Positions 11,953 to 24,000 of a stretch of 64,000 nucleotides of DNA are shown one piece after another. The DNA lies in assembly GCF_963921235.1 (NCBI RefSeq), contig NC_086101.1, positions 124,001 to 188,000 of the forward strand. Reading direction: 5' to 3'. Under the pieces are notes generated by a model. The model was not told where the DNA came from and ran no database searches. It worked only from the letters and a program-made list of their open reading frames with translations. The position numbers and the translations under genes were made by a program. The first letter of the stretch is position 1; each line of letters starts with the position of its first letter. The DNA comes from Mobula hypostoma (Eukaryota).

Positions 11953-12747
11953 TGAATACAGTCCAAGAGCGGACAAACGTTCCTCATATGTTAACCCTCT
12001 CATTCCCGGAATCATTCTAGTGAATCTTCTCTGTACCCTCTCCAACATCAGCACATCCTTTCTTAAATAAGGAGACCAAAACTGCCAACAGTACTCCAAG
12101 TGAGGTCTCACCAGCGCCTTATAGAGCCTCAACATCACATCCCCACTCCTATACTCTATTCCTATAGAAATTAATGCCAACATTGCATTCACCTTCTTCG
12201 CTACTGACTCAACCTGGAGGTTAACTTTAAGGGAATCCTGTAAGAGAACTCCCAAGTCCCGTTGCATCTCAGAACTTTGAATTCTTTCCCCATCTAAATA
12301 ATAGTCTGCCTGTTTATTTCTTCTGCCAAAGTGCACAACCATACACTTTCCAACACTGTATTTCATTTGCCACTTCTTTGCCAATTCTTCCAATCTATCC
12401 AAGTCTCTCTTCAGAATCTCCATTTCCTCAGCACTACCGGCCCCTCCACCTATCCTCGTATAGTCAGCAACTTAACCACAAAGCCACCTATTCCATAATG
12501 CAAATCATTGACGTACAATGTAAAAAGAAGCGGTCCCAATCCGGACCCCTGTGGAACACCACTGGTAACCGGCAGCCAACCAGAATAGGATCCCTTTATT
12601 CCCACTCTCTGTTTCCTTCCAATCAGCCAACACTCTATCCACGTATGTAACTTCCCCGTAATTCCATGGGCTCTTATCTTGTTAAATAGCCTCATGTGTG
12701 GCACCTTGTCAGAGGCATTCAGAAAATCCAAATATACAACATCCACT

Positions 12748-13155
12748 TGTGAGGGGATCCAGGAGTGCCCTAATAACTGTTTGGAGAGAGACATTTATCA
12801 TCAATGGTTTGTTTGGAAAGGAGAGAGAGACAGAGTTATTTATCACCGATATGTTGCTTTTGGAAAAGAGAGAGACAGACGAAGATTGACAGTTGGACTA
12901 TCACTTTAAGGCATTGGAAGTAACTTTGGATTTCTACTGAGTATGGAGTTGGAGACAGCACCAAGCAGCTCGTAAGTTGCTGTGGTGACCAAAGGCAGAT
13001 TGTTGATGTTACTTTCAAGGACTTGTTGCCTGCTTGTGCACTTCTTTGCAGACAAAGGTGTGAGGGACTCTTTGAATGACAGGTGATGCTCAACACAGAG
13101 AAATAAATGGGAGGTCAGATGATACAGACCTCAAACACACGATCTGGACACTGAG
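12748..13155 (+). mobile_element. LTR-like insertion, partial
   Basis: Starts TGT, AATAAA at ~13101, unrelated to the CR1 flanks; no CA end, and host sequence is missing at the junction. Confidence 0.4.
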
Positions 13156-13350
13156 CGGAGTCACATTTGCAATCTTCCAGTCCTCCAGAACCATGCCAGA
13201 ATCTATTGACTTTTGAAAGATCATCGCTAATGCCTCCACAATCTCCACAGATACTTCCTTCAGAACACGAGGGTGCATTCCATCTGGTCCAGGAGATTTA
13301 TTTACCTTTAGACTATTCAGCTTCCTGAGTACTTTCTCTGTCATAATTGT

Positions 13351-13380
13351 GAGATAGCAAATATTTGTAGAAAGCACAAG
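13351..13380 (+). mobile_element. CR1 family E, piece 1 of 3
   Basis: 'gagatagcaaatatttgtagaaagcacaag' joins 17660 'gttgggattgtgggaga' to give the APE segment EIANICRKHKVGIVGEYNFP. Confidence 0.6.
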
Positions 13381-13735
13381 GGATAGCTCAAGCTAAGCGG
13401 CCAGTGGAAAGCGCCCAGTGCGTGAGTGGGCCAGTGAAGGAGTGGAGCTTTGAGGCTTTGACTCGAGAGATTCTGGCAGTTTTGGCAGTTGGCCTGTGCA
13501 ATCAAGTCAATCAAGATTTGAATAAGCTCAGACTCAGCAGAAAGCAGCTGGTTGGGCAGTCGAGGTCAGGTGACCAAACATTTTGAAAAGTTCAAACAGA
13601 CAAATAGAGGGATAGCTCAAGCGAAGCGGCCAGTGTGTGAGTGGGCCAGTGAAGGAGTGGAACTTTGAGGCTTTGACTCCAGAGGCTTCGACGAGAAGAG
13701 GCGGAGGACGAGCTTGTTCCCAGTTAGTTTTTACA

Positions 13736-14680
13736 ATGTCTCCTGAGATGGTGATGTGCCTCTCATGTGAGATGTGGCAGTCTTGGGGGAACGCCCCTCT
13801 CCCGCAGAGTCACATCTGCCAGAAGTGCATACGTCTGGGCGATCTGGAAGACCGTGTAAGGAATCTGGAGCAGCAACTGGATGACCTTCGACTCATAAGG
13901 GAGAATCAGGCAGTCATAGATGAGAGCTACAGGGAGGTAGTCACACCTAGGCTGTCGGAAGCAGGTCGTTGGGTGACAGTCAGAGGGGGGAAAGCGAAGG
14001 TGAGCAGACAGGTAGTGCAGAGCACCCCTGTAGCCATTCCCCTGAATATTAAGTTTACCATCCTGGATACTGTTGGCGGGGACGACCGACCAGGTGTGAG
14101 CCACGGTGGTAGGGCCTCCGGCACTGAGTCTGACCCTGTGGTGCAGAAGGATGGGACGGAGAAGAGGAGAGCTGTCGTCATTGGAGACTCTATAGTCAGG
14201 GGAGCAGACAGGAGGTTTTGTGGACGTGAGAAGGACACCCGTATGGTTTGTTTCCTCCCGGGTGCCAGGGACCTGGGATGTCTCTGACTGGGTGCACGAC
14301 ATCCTGGTACGAGAGAGAAAGCAACCAGAAGTCGTGATACATGTTGGGACCAAAGACATAGGCAGGAAGAGGGATGAGGTCCTGAAGTGTGAGTTTCGGG
14401 AATTAGGTAGAAGGCTGAAGAACAGAACCTCAGGGGGGTGATGTTCTCAGGATTGCTGCCAGTGCTACGTGACAGTGATGGTAAGAATTGGAGGAGATGG
14501 CAGTTGAATGCCTGGCTGAGGAGTTGGTGCAGGGAGCAAGGTTTTAGATTTTTAGATCATTGGGATCTCTTCTGGGGAAGGTGGGACCTGTACAGATTGG
14601 ATGGGTTGCACCCAAACTCGAGGGGGAGCAATATCCTTGCAGGTAGGTTTGCTAGCATGGTTCGAGAGGGTTTAAACTAA
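13736..14680 (+). pseudogene. CR1-B ORF1: CxxC/CxxC zinc finger, coiled coil, SGNH esterase
   Basis: CLSCEMW..HICQKC, LEDRVRNLEQQL, VIGDSIVRG, HVGT.D, DGLHP; small frameshifts. Confidence 0.9.
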
Positions 14681-17532
14681 TTTGTGAGGGGGATGGGACC
14701 CAGAGCGATAGAGCAGTGAAAGAAGTGCATGGAGTAAAGCCAGATCTAACATACAGAGAGGCTTTGAGGAAAGAGAAACAGAATAAACTGTGTAAAGACA
14801 GTAAGGTAGAAGGGCTGAAATGTGTGTACTTCAATGCAAGAAGCATCAGGAACAAAGGTGATGAATTGAGAGCTAGGATACATACATGGAATTATGATGT
14901 AGTGGCCATTACAGAGACTTGGCTGTCACCAGGGCAGGAATGGATTCTCAATATTCCTGGAATTCAGTGCTTTAAAAGGGATAGAGAGGGCGGAAAAAGG
15001 GGAGGAGGGGTGGCATTACTGGTCAGGGATACTATTACAGCTACAGAAAGGGTGGGTAATGTAGCAGAATCCACTTTTGAGTCAGTATGGGTGGAAGTCA
15101 GGAACAGGAAGGTAGCAGTTACTCTACTGGGGGTATTCTATAGGCTCCCTGGTAGCAGCAGAGATACAGAGGAGCAGATTGGGAGGCAGATTTTGGAAAG
15201 GTGCAAAAATAACAGTTGTTATCATGGGTGACTTTAACTTCCCTAATATTGATTGGCACCTGATTAGTTCCAAGGGTTCAGATGGGGCAGAGTTTTTTAA
15301 GTGTGTCCAGGATGGATTCCTGTCACAGTATGTGGACAGGCCGACCAGGGGGAATGCCATACTAGATCTAGTACTAGGTAATGAACTGAGTCAGGTCACA
15401 GATCTCTCAGTGGGTGAGCATCTGGGGGACAGTGACCACCGCTCCCTAGCCTTTATAATTATCATGGAAAAGGATAGAATCAAAGAGGACAGGAAATTTT
15501 TAATTGGGGAAATGCAAATTATGAAGCTATAAGGCTGGAACTTGCGGGTGTGAATTGGGATGATGTTTTTGCAGGGAAATGTACTATGGACATGTGGTCA
15601 ATGTTTAGAGATCTCTTGCGGGATGTAAGGGATAAATTTGTCCCAGTGAGGAAGATAAAGAATGGTATGGTGAAGGAACCATGGGTGACAAGTGAGGTGG
15701 AAAATCTAGTCAGGTGGAAGAAGGCAGCATACATGAGGTTTAGGAAGCAAGGATCAGATGGTTCTATTGAGGATATATAAGGAAGCAAGAAAGGAGCTTA
15801 AGAAGGGGCTGAGAAGAGCAAGAAGGGGGCATGAGAAGGCCTTGGCGAGTAGGGTAAAGGAAGACCCAAGGCATTCTTCAATTATGTGAAGAAAAAAAGG
15901 ATGACAGGAGTGAAGGTAGGACCGATTAGAGATAAAGGTGGGAAGATGTGCCTGGAGGCTGTGGAAGTGAGCGAGGTCTTCAGTGAATACTTCTCTTCGG
16001 TATTCACCAATGAGAGGGAACTTGATGATGGTGAGGACAGTATGAGTGAGGTTGATGTTCTGGAGCATGTTGATATTAAGGGAGAGGAGGTGCTGGAGTT
16101 GTTAAAATACATTAGGACAGATAAGTCCCCGGGGCCTGACGGAATATTCCCCAGGCTGCTCCACGAGGCGAGAGAAGAGATTGCTGAGCATCTGGCTAGG
16201 ATCTTTATGTCCTCGTTGTCCACGGGAATGGTACCGGAGGATTGGAGGGAGGCGAATGTTGTCCCCTTGTTCAAAAAAGGTAGTAGGGATAGTCCGGGTA
16301 ATTATAGACCAGTGAGCCTTACGTCTGTGGTGGGAAAGCTGTTGGAAAAGATTCTTAGAGATAGGATCTATAGGCACTTAGAGAATCATGGTCTGATCAG
16401 GGACAGTCAGCATGGCTTTGTGAAGGGCAGATCGTGTCTAACAAGCCTGATAGAGTTCTTTGAGGAGGTGACCAGGCATATAGATGAGGGTAGTGCAGTG
16501 GATGTGATTTATATGGATTTTAGTAAGGCACTTGACAAGGTTCCACACGGTAGGCTTATTCAGAAAGTTAGAAGGCATGTGATCCAGGGAAGTTTGGCCA
16601 GGTGGATTCAGAATTGGCTTGCCTGCAGAAGGCAGAGGGTGGTGGTGGAGGGAGTACATTCAGATTGGAGGATTGTGACTAGTGGTGTCCCACAAGGATC
16701 TGTTATGGGACCTCTACTTTTTGTGATTTTTATTAACGACCTGGATGTTGGGGTAGAAGGGTGGGTTGGCAAGTTTGCAGACGACACAAAGGTTGGTGGT
16801 GTTGTAGATAGTGTAGAGGATTGTCAACGATTGCAGACAGACATTGATAGGATGCAGAAGTGGGCTGAGAAGTGGCAGATGGAGTTCAACCCAGAGAAGT
16901 GTGAGGTGGTACACTTTGGAAGGACAAACTCCAAGGCAGAGTACAAAGTAAATGGCAGGATACTTGGTAGTGTGGAGGAGCAGAGGGATCTCGGGGTACA
17001 TGTGCATAGATCCCTGAAAGTTGCCTCACAGGTGGATAGGGTAGTTAAGAAAGCTTATTGGGTGTTAGCTTTCATAAGTCGAGGGACAGAGTTTAAGAGT
17101 CGCGATGTAATGATGCAGCTCTGTAAAACTCTGGTTAGGCCACACTTGGAGTACTGTGTCCAGTTCTGGTCACCTCACTATTGGAAGGATGTGGAAGCAT
17201 TGGAAAGTGTACAGAGGAGGTTTACCAGGATGCTGCCTGGTTTAGAAAGTATGCATTATGATCAGAGATTAAGGGAGCTAGGGCTTTATTCTTTGGAGAG
17301 AAGGAGGATGAGAGGAGACATGACAGAGGTGTACAAGATAATAAGAGGCATAGATAGAGTGGATAGCCAGCGCCTCTTCCCCAGGGCACCACTGCTCAAT
17401 ACAAGAGGACATGGCTTAAAGGTAAGGGGTGGGAAGTTCAAGGTGGATATTAGAGGAATGTTTTTTACTCAGAGAGTGGTTGTGTGTGGAATGCACTGCC
17501 TGAGTCAGTGGTGGAGGCAGATACACCAGTGA
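14671..17532 (+). pseudogene. CR1-B ORF2: APE endonuclease and reverse transcriptase
   Basis: NARSI, ITETW, GDFN and SDH motifs; 548-aa RT segment at 15886-17532. Confidence 0.92.
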
Positions 17533-17659
17533 AGTTTAGACAGGTATATGGAGGAATCTAAGGTGCGGGCTTATATGAGAGGCAGGGTTTGAAGGTCGGC
17601 ACAACATTGTGAGCCGAAGGGCCCGTACTGTGCTGTACTATTCTATGGTCTATGTTCTA

Positions 17660-18100
17660 TGTTGGGATTGTGGGAGAATATAATTTTCCATACATACACA
17701 GGGAAGCCAATTCTGTTAAAATGCTGGATGGTTTGGAGTATGTCAAATGTGTGCAAGATAGGTTTTTGCAGCAATGCATAGAGGTACCAATTAGAGAAGG
17801 GGCAGTGTTGGATCTCCTGTTAGGGAATGAGATAGGGCAGGTGACGAAGGTATTTGTTGGGAAGCACTTCGGGTCCAGTGATCACAATACCATTGGTTCC
17901 AATATAATTATGGAGAAAGATAGGACTGGACCCAGAGTTGAGATTTTTGATTGGAGAAAGGCTAACTTAGAGGAGATGCGTAAGGATTTAGAAGGAGTGG
18001 ATTGGGACAATTTGTTTTATGGGAAGGAAGTAAGAGAGAAATAGAGGTCATTTAAAGGTGAAATTTTGAGGGTACAGGATCTTAATGTTCCTGTTATGTT
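17660..18100 (+). mobile_element. CR1 family E, piece 2
   Basis: APE C-terminus (LDLLLGNE, GSSDHN); breaks at gttatgtt. Confidence 0.85.
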
Positions 18101-19731
18101 CAGGTCACAGACCGCCAGGGCCAGGACTTGACTCAGAACTGGGAAGTCGCCAAGGCCAGGACTTGACTTGACTTGGTGCTTGAATGCCGCCAGGGCCAGG
18201 ACTTGACTTGGTGCTTGAATGCCGCCAGGGCCAGGACTTGACTTGGTGCGTGAATGCTGCCAGGAACAGGACTTGACTTGGTGCTAGATTGCCGCTGGAG
18301 CCAGGACTTGACTTGGAGCCTCTGGGTAGTGGCGAGCTCTTGACTCGGCCCGGGAACAGAAGACAGCGGTTCTTGATTCCCTCCGGCGGGTTAACTGACG
18401 GACCCATCTTGATGAGGAAACTTTCCAGGCTCACTTCGGCGAGGTAACTGGACAGGGTTGCTCCGGTGAGGAAGGGCGAATTACCTGCACTCGCTTCAGC
18501 AGAGACTAGGCTTGCTCCGGCCAGATGACATTGGCACGCCGTGACTTTGCAGACTCTCCTGCCCCGAACTGCTGAAAGCCGGAGAGTATAAACTACCGGT
18601 TCAGCTGAGTATTAATGCCTCTAATCACCAAAGTTGAGGGACACAGGAAAACAGGGAATCAACGGTCCGGATCGTAACATAAACAAGGTAATTTTAAAGG
18701 GACCCTGATCCGGACCATGACAGTACCCCCCTCCCAATGGGAGCTTCCAGGCGACCAACAGATTTGCTTGTATTATCCATGACCTGGGTGGGTGGGTGGG
18801 GGATTTGGCCGGCGGGCAAAACAGAACAACAACACCTTCACGTTCAGGCTGACAAGAGTTTGGAAAAACAGTTTGTGTCTGCTGGGTCCATGTTTGGCCA
18901 GAGCGTTTTGTCACAATGGCGGGGGTATTGGGAGCAAGAGTGGACCAAATGCAAGACACATCTTGTGAGGTTACTTAGATTTAGTTTATTGTTCGATACC
19001 AGGAGAGCTAGGCAGGAGCAGGAAATAGCGAACCGGATAAGGACTCAGGACTATGACTAGGCTGGGACCAAGAGTCTGGGCTTGGACTCGGAATCGGCTC
19101 CCAGAACTAGAGGAGACATGAAAAGGCTAGGGTATGGACTCCGAGCCAGAGCCTGGGCAAGGACCCAGTACCTGGGTCTTGCCTCGGGCTTGGACCCCAG
19201 AACCAGGCAAGGACATGACATGGGCTAGGGATAGGAGGAACATGGAAACACAGAGCCTCGGTCTCGGGAGAGCAGGTACATCGAACCATGGACACATACA
19301 CAGAACACAGAGTCGGGACTTCTCCTTGGGTACAGGACATAGGGCCGGGACTCATGACCCTCCGCGGAGCAACGGCAAGACGGCCTGACTTACCCCACGG
19401 AGGCAAGGACAAGACGAGACAGAACATAAGCCCCCGCGGGGCAACGGCAAGGTAACTGGACTGGATTGCTCAGGTGAGGAAGGGCGAATTACCGGCACTC
19501 GCTTTGGCAGAGACTAGGGTTGCTCCGGCCAGATGACATTGGCACGCTGTGACTTTGCTGACGCTCCCGCGCCGAACGGTTGAAAGCCGGAGACTATAAA
19601 CTACCCGTTCAGCCGAGTGTTAATTGCCTCTAATCACCAAAGTCGAGAGACACGGGAAAACAGGGAATCAACGGTCCGGATCGTAACATAAACAAGGTAA
19701 TTTTAAAGGGACCACGATCCGGACCATGACA
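18101..19731 (-). mobile_element. Miniature non-autonomous Gypsy (Tf1/sushi-like) LTR element
   Basis: 5' LTR TGTCATGG..TGTGACA (19731-18909), gag start MDPAD at 18891, PPT GGGAGGGGGGTAC, 3' LTR from 18722; about 280 bp direct repeat. Confidence 0.8.
18113..18320. repeat. ~35-bp minisatellite, about 6 copies
   Basis: Units of gccgccagggccaggacttgacttggtgcttgaat. Confidence 0.85.
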
Positions 19732-21010
19732 GCTACCTGTGCCACATGCTAGAGGGCAAGAATAGTAGGATCAGGCAGATGAATACGTGGCTGAGAGACT
19801 GGTGCAGGCGGCAGGGCTTCAGATTTTGGATAATTGGGATCTCTTCTGGGGAGAGTTTGACCTGTTCAAAAAGGACAGGTTACACATGGTCCCGAAGGGG
19901 ACCAATATCCTGGCGGGGAAGTTTAATAGAGCTGTTAGGGAGGGTTTAAACTAATTTGGCAGGGGGATGGGAACCGGAATGACAGAGCGGAGGAAGGAGA
20001 AAGCAGAAATAAATTTAAGATAGTGAGTAGTAAAGATGTCAGGAAAGACAGGCAGGTGATGGGGCAACTTTGTAGCCATTGGGATGAGTTGCAGTGCAAT
20101 AAAGTTGCAGTGAAATCAAAGTGCAAAGTACCAAATACCGGTCTTAAGGTGTTATGCTTAAATGCACGCAGCATAAGGAATAAGGTGGATGATCTTGTCG
20201 TACAGCTACAGATTGGCAGGTATGATATTGTGGCCATCACTGAGATGTGGCTAAAGGATGCATGTCTCTGGGAGCTGAACGTCTGAGGATACACGGTGGA
20301 TAGGAAGGTAGACAGAGGGAGAGGCGTGGCTTTATTGGTAAGAAATGATATAATATCATTAGAAAGAGGTGATATAGCATCGGAAGGTTCAGAATCTTTA
20401 TGGGTTGAGGTAAGAAATAGCAGGGGTAAAAGGACCCCGATGGCAGTTATTTATAGGCCTCCAAACAGCTGCAGTGATGTGGACTACAAATTAGAACAGG
20501 AAATAGAAAAGGCTTGTCAGAAGGGCAGTGTTATGATAATTGTGTGGGACTTTAACATGCAAGTGGATTGGGTAAATCACGTCGGCTCAAGAGAGAGAAT
20601 TTGTAGAATGTCTGCGAGATGGCTTTTTAGAGCAGCTTGTTGGTGACCCCACTAGGGGATTGGCTGGACTGGATTGGGTATTGTGTAATGAACCGGAGGT
20701 GATTAGAGAGGTTGAGGTGAAGGAACACTTAGGAGGCAGTGATCATAACATGATTCAGTTCACTGTGAAATTTGAAAAAGAGAAGCCGAAATCCGATGTG
20801 TCGGTATTTCAGTGGAGTAAAGGAAATTACAGTGGCATGAGAGAGGAACTGGTCAAAGTTGACTGGAAAGGGTCACTGGTGGGAAAGACGGCAGAGAAGC
20901 AGTGGCTGGAGTTTATGCGAGAAGTGAGGAAGGTGCAAGACAGGTATATTCCATAAATGAAGAAATTTTCGAATGAAAAAAGGATGCAACCGCGGTTCAC
21001 AAGAGAAGTC
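19732..21010 (+). mobile_element. CR1 family D, ORF1 end and APE (continues at 25700)
   Basis: WLRDWCRRQGF, LKVLCLNARSI, GGSDHN. Confidence 0.9.
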
Positions 21011-24000
21011 GGGACTGCGCAGGCGTGTGACGTTGAGCAGTGTCGCGCGGAAGGTTTAAAAGGACAGAAATCCTGCTTCAGGTTTAATTTGAAGATGGAA
21101 GTCTGAGAATCGGAGCGGGAGTGCAGAGGAAGCCATTTTTGAATTTTTCGTTTTTTTTCCCATCGGCGTCCAGAGAGGCGGGACTGCGCAGGCGTGTGAC
21201 GTCGGGCTGTGAAGCGCGGAAGATTGAAAAGGAACACAGAGTTATGCAGCGGGCAGCGTCGTTTGCGGGCTGCGGAGAGAGCCGGCAGCAGAGTGAAGAC
21301 TTAAGGGCCTCGGTTCACCGGGCGTAGGCCGAAACGGGCGAGGCGAGAAAGGTGTGGTATTCATTTTTTGTTGTTATTTGAGGAGAGGGGTAGTATGAGT
21401 GTGAGGGCAGCTTGTTGTTCTCGGTGCCGGATGTGGGAGGCCCTGGAGTCTCCAAGCCTCCCGGACGTCCACATCTGCCCCAGGTGCGCCGAGATGCAGC
21501 TCCTAAGGGACCGCGTTAGGGAACTGGTCAGGGAGAGTGAGGAGTTGATAGAGAGGAGTTACAGGCAGGTGGTCACACCGGGGCCACGGGAGGCAGACAA
21601 GTGGGTCACGGTTAAGAGGGGGAAGGGGAAGAGTTAGGTAATAGAGAGTACCCTGGTGGCTGTGCCCCTTGACAATAGGTACTCCTGTTTGAGTACTGTT
21701 GGGGGCCGACAGCTTACCTGGGGGAAGCGACAGTGGCCGTGCCTCCGGCACAGAGTCCGGCCCTGTAGCTCAGAAACGTAGGGAAAGGAAGAGGAAGGCA
21801 GTTGTAATAGGGGACTCAATAGTAAGGGGGTCAGATAGGCGATTCTGTGGAGGCAGTCCAGAGACCCGGATGGTAGTTTGCCTCCCTGTTGCCAGGGTCC
21901 GGGATATTTCTGATCGTGTCCAAGATATCCTGAAGTGGGAGGGTGAGAAGCCAGAGGTCGTGGTACATGTAGGTACCAATGACATAGGTAGGGAAAGGGA
22001 AGAGGTCCTGAAAGGAGAATATAGGGAGTGAGGAAGGGAGTTGAGAAAAAGGACCGCAAAGGTAATAATCTCGGGATTAGTGCCTGTGCCACGCGACAGT
22101 GAGAGTAGGAATGCAATGAGGTGGAGGATAAATGCGTGGCTGAGGGATTGGAGCAGGGGGCAGGAATTCAGGTTTTTGGATTATTGGGACCTCTTTTGGC
22201 GTAAGCGTGACCGGTACAAAAAGGACAGGTTACACTTGAATCCTAGGGGGACCAATATGCTGGCGGGGAGATTTGCGAGGGCTACTGAGGTGACCTTAAA
22301 CTAGAATGGTTGGGGGGTGGGAATCAAATTAAAGAGACTAGGAAAAAGGAGGTTAGTTCACAACAGTGGGATGGGAAACAGTGCAGAGAGACAGAAGGGT
22401 GTAAAATGAGGGTAGAAGCAAAAAGTAGCAAGGTGAAAAGTAAAAGTGGTAGGCCGGCAAATCCAGGGCAAAAATCAAAAAGGTGTAGCGATGTGCTACA
22501 CACAGCGCTAGAATAACCACATGGAGTCGGTGAGTTAGAGTTGCGATGAAAGAGATTTATTCAAACTTCGCGGCCAGCTTTAAAGCCTTCCCGTTCCCGC
22601 CCTCCCTGGGCGGGATTGCTTTGGGGAATGCATATTCCCAGACCCTTTCTGCGCGCGGGATTTTCCCCCTGCTGGTGAAGATGGCCTGGCGCCCTTTTTG
22701 GGGCCGGTCCTCTGCCTGCGCGCGCTGTTGTGAGCCGGTTCGTGTGTGCCAGAAAGTGGGTCGCCACAAAGGGCCACTTTTCAACATAATTGTATGAGGG
22801 CTAAGAGAGTTGTAAAACCGAGCCTGAAGGCTTTGTGTGTCAATGCAAGGAGCATTCGTAACAATGTGGATGAATTAAAAGTGCAGATTGTTATTAATGA
22901 ATATGATATAGTTGGGATCACAGAGACATGGCTCCAGGGTGACCAAGGATGGGAGCTCAACATTCAAGGATATTCAATATTCAGGAGGGATAGTCATGAA
23001 AGAGAAGGAGGTGGGGTAGCATTGCTGGTTACAGAGGAGATTAACGCAATAGAAAGGAAGGACATTAGCCGGGAGAATGTGGAATCGATATGGATAGAGC
23101 TGCATAACACTAAGGGGCAGAAAACACTGGTGGGAGTTGTGTACAGGCCACCTAACAGTAGTAGTGAGGTTGGGGATGGTATTAAACAGGAAATTAGAAA
23201 TGTGTGCAATAAAGGAACAGCAGTTATAATGGGTGACTGCAATCTACATATAGATTGGGTGAACCGAATTGGTAAGGGTGCTGAGGAAGAGGATTTCTTG
23301 GAATGTATGCGGGATAGTTTTTTTGAACCAACATGTCGAGGAACCAACCAGAGAGCAGGCTATTCTAGACTGAGTATTGAGCAATGAGGAAGGGTTAATT
23401 AGCAATCTTATCGTGAGAGGCCCCTTGGGAAAGAGTGACCATAATATTGTGGAATTCTTCATTAAGATGGAGGGTGACACAGTTGATTCAGAAACAAAGG
23501 TTCTGAACTTAAAGAAGGGTAACTTTGAAGGTATGAGATGTGAATTAGCTAAGATAGACTGGCAAATGACACTTAAAGGGTTGACAGTGGATATGCAATG
23601 GCAAGCACTTAAAGATCGCATGGATGAAATACAACAATTGTTCATCCCAGTTTGGCAAAAGAATAAATCATGGAAGGTAGAGCACCCATGGCTGATAAGG
23701 GAAATTCGGGATAATATCAATTCCACAGAAGAAGCATACAAATTAGCCAGAAAAAGTGGCTCACCTGAGGACTGAGAGAAATTCAGAGTCCAGTAGAGAA
23801 GGACAAAGGGCTTAATTACGAAAGGGAAAAAAGATTGAGAGAAAACTGGCAGGGAACATAAAAACTGACTGTAAAAGCTTTCATAGATATGTGAAAATAA
23901 AAAGATTGGTTAAGCCAAATGTATGACCCCTACAGATAGAAACAGGTGAATTGATTATGGGGAGCAAGGACATGGCAGACCAATTGAATAACTACTTTGG

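Larger units (their letters stand above)
11495..13350 (-). mobile_element. CR1 family D, 5'-truncated, with two insertions
   Basis: RT motifs in ORFs 12450-12794 and 11935-12423; (CTTATGGT)n tail. Confidence 0.9.
13381..17659 (+). mobile_element. CR1 family B, near full length
   Basis: Tandem 5' repeats, ORF1 13736-14680, ORF2 14671-~17530 (frameshifted), (TTCTATG)n tail. Confidence 0.95.

Noticed and set aside
6520..13350. Bidirectional piRNA cluster centred on the promoter
   Set aside because: Element orientation does not switch at the promoter, and small-RNA data would be needed.
18113..18320. 35-bp repeats as a CRISPR-like array
   Set aside because: Contiguous tandem units with no unique spacers, inside a eukaryotic LTR.
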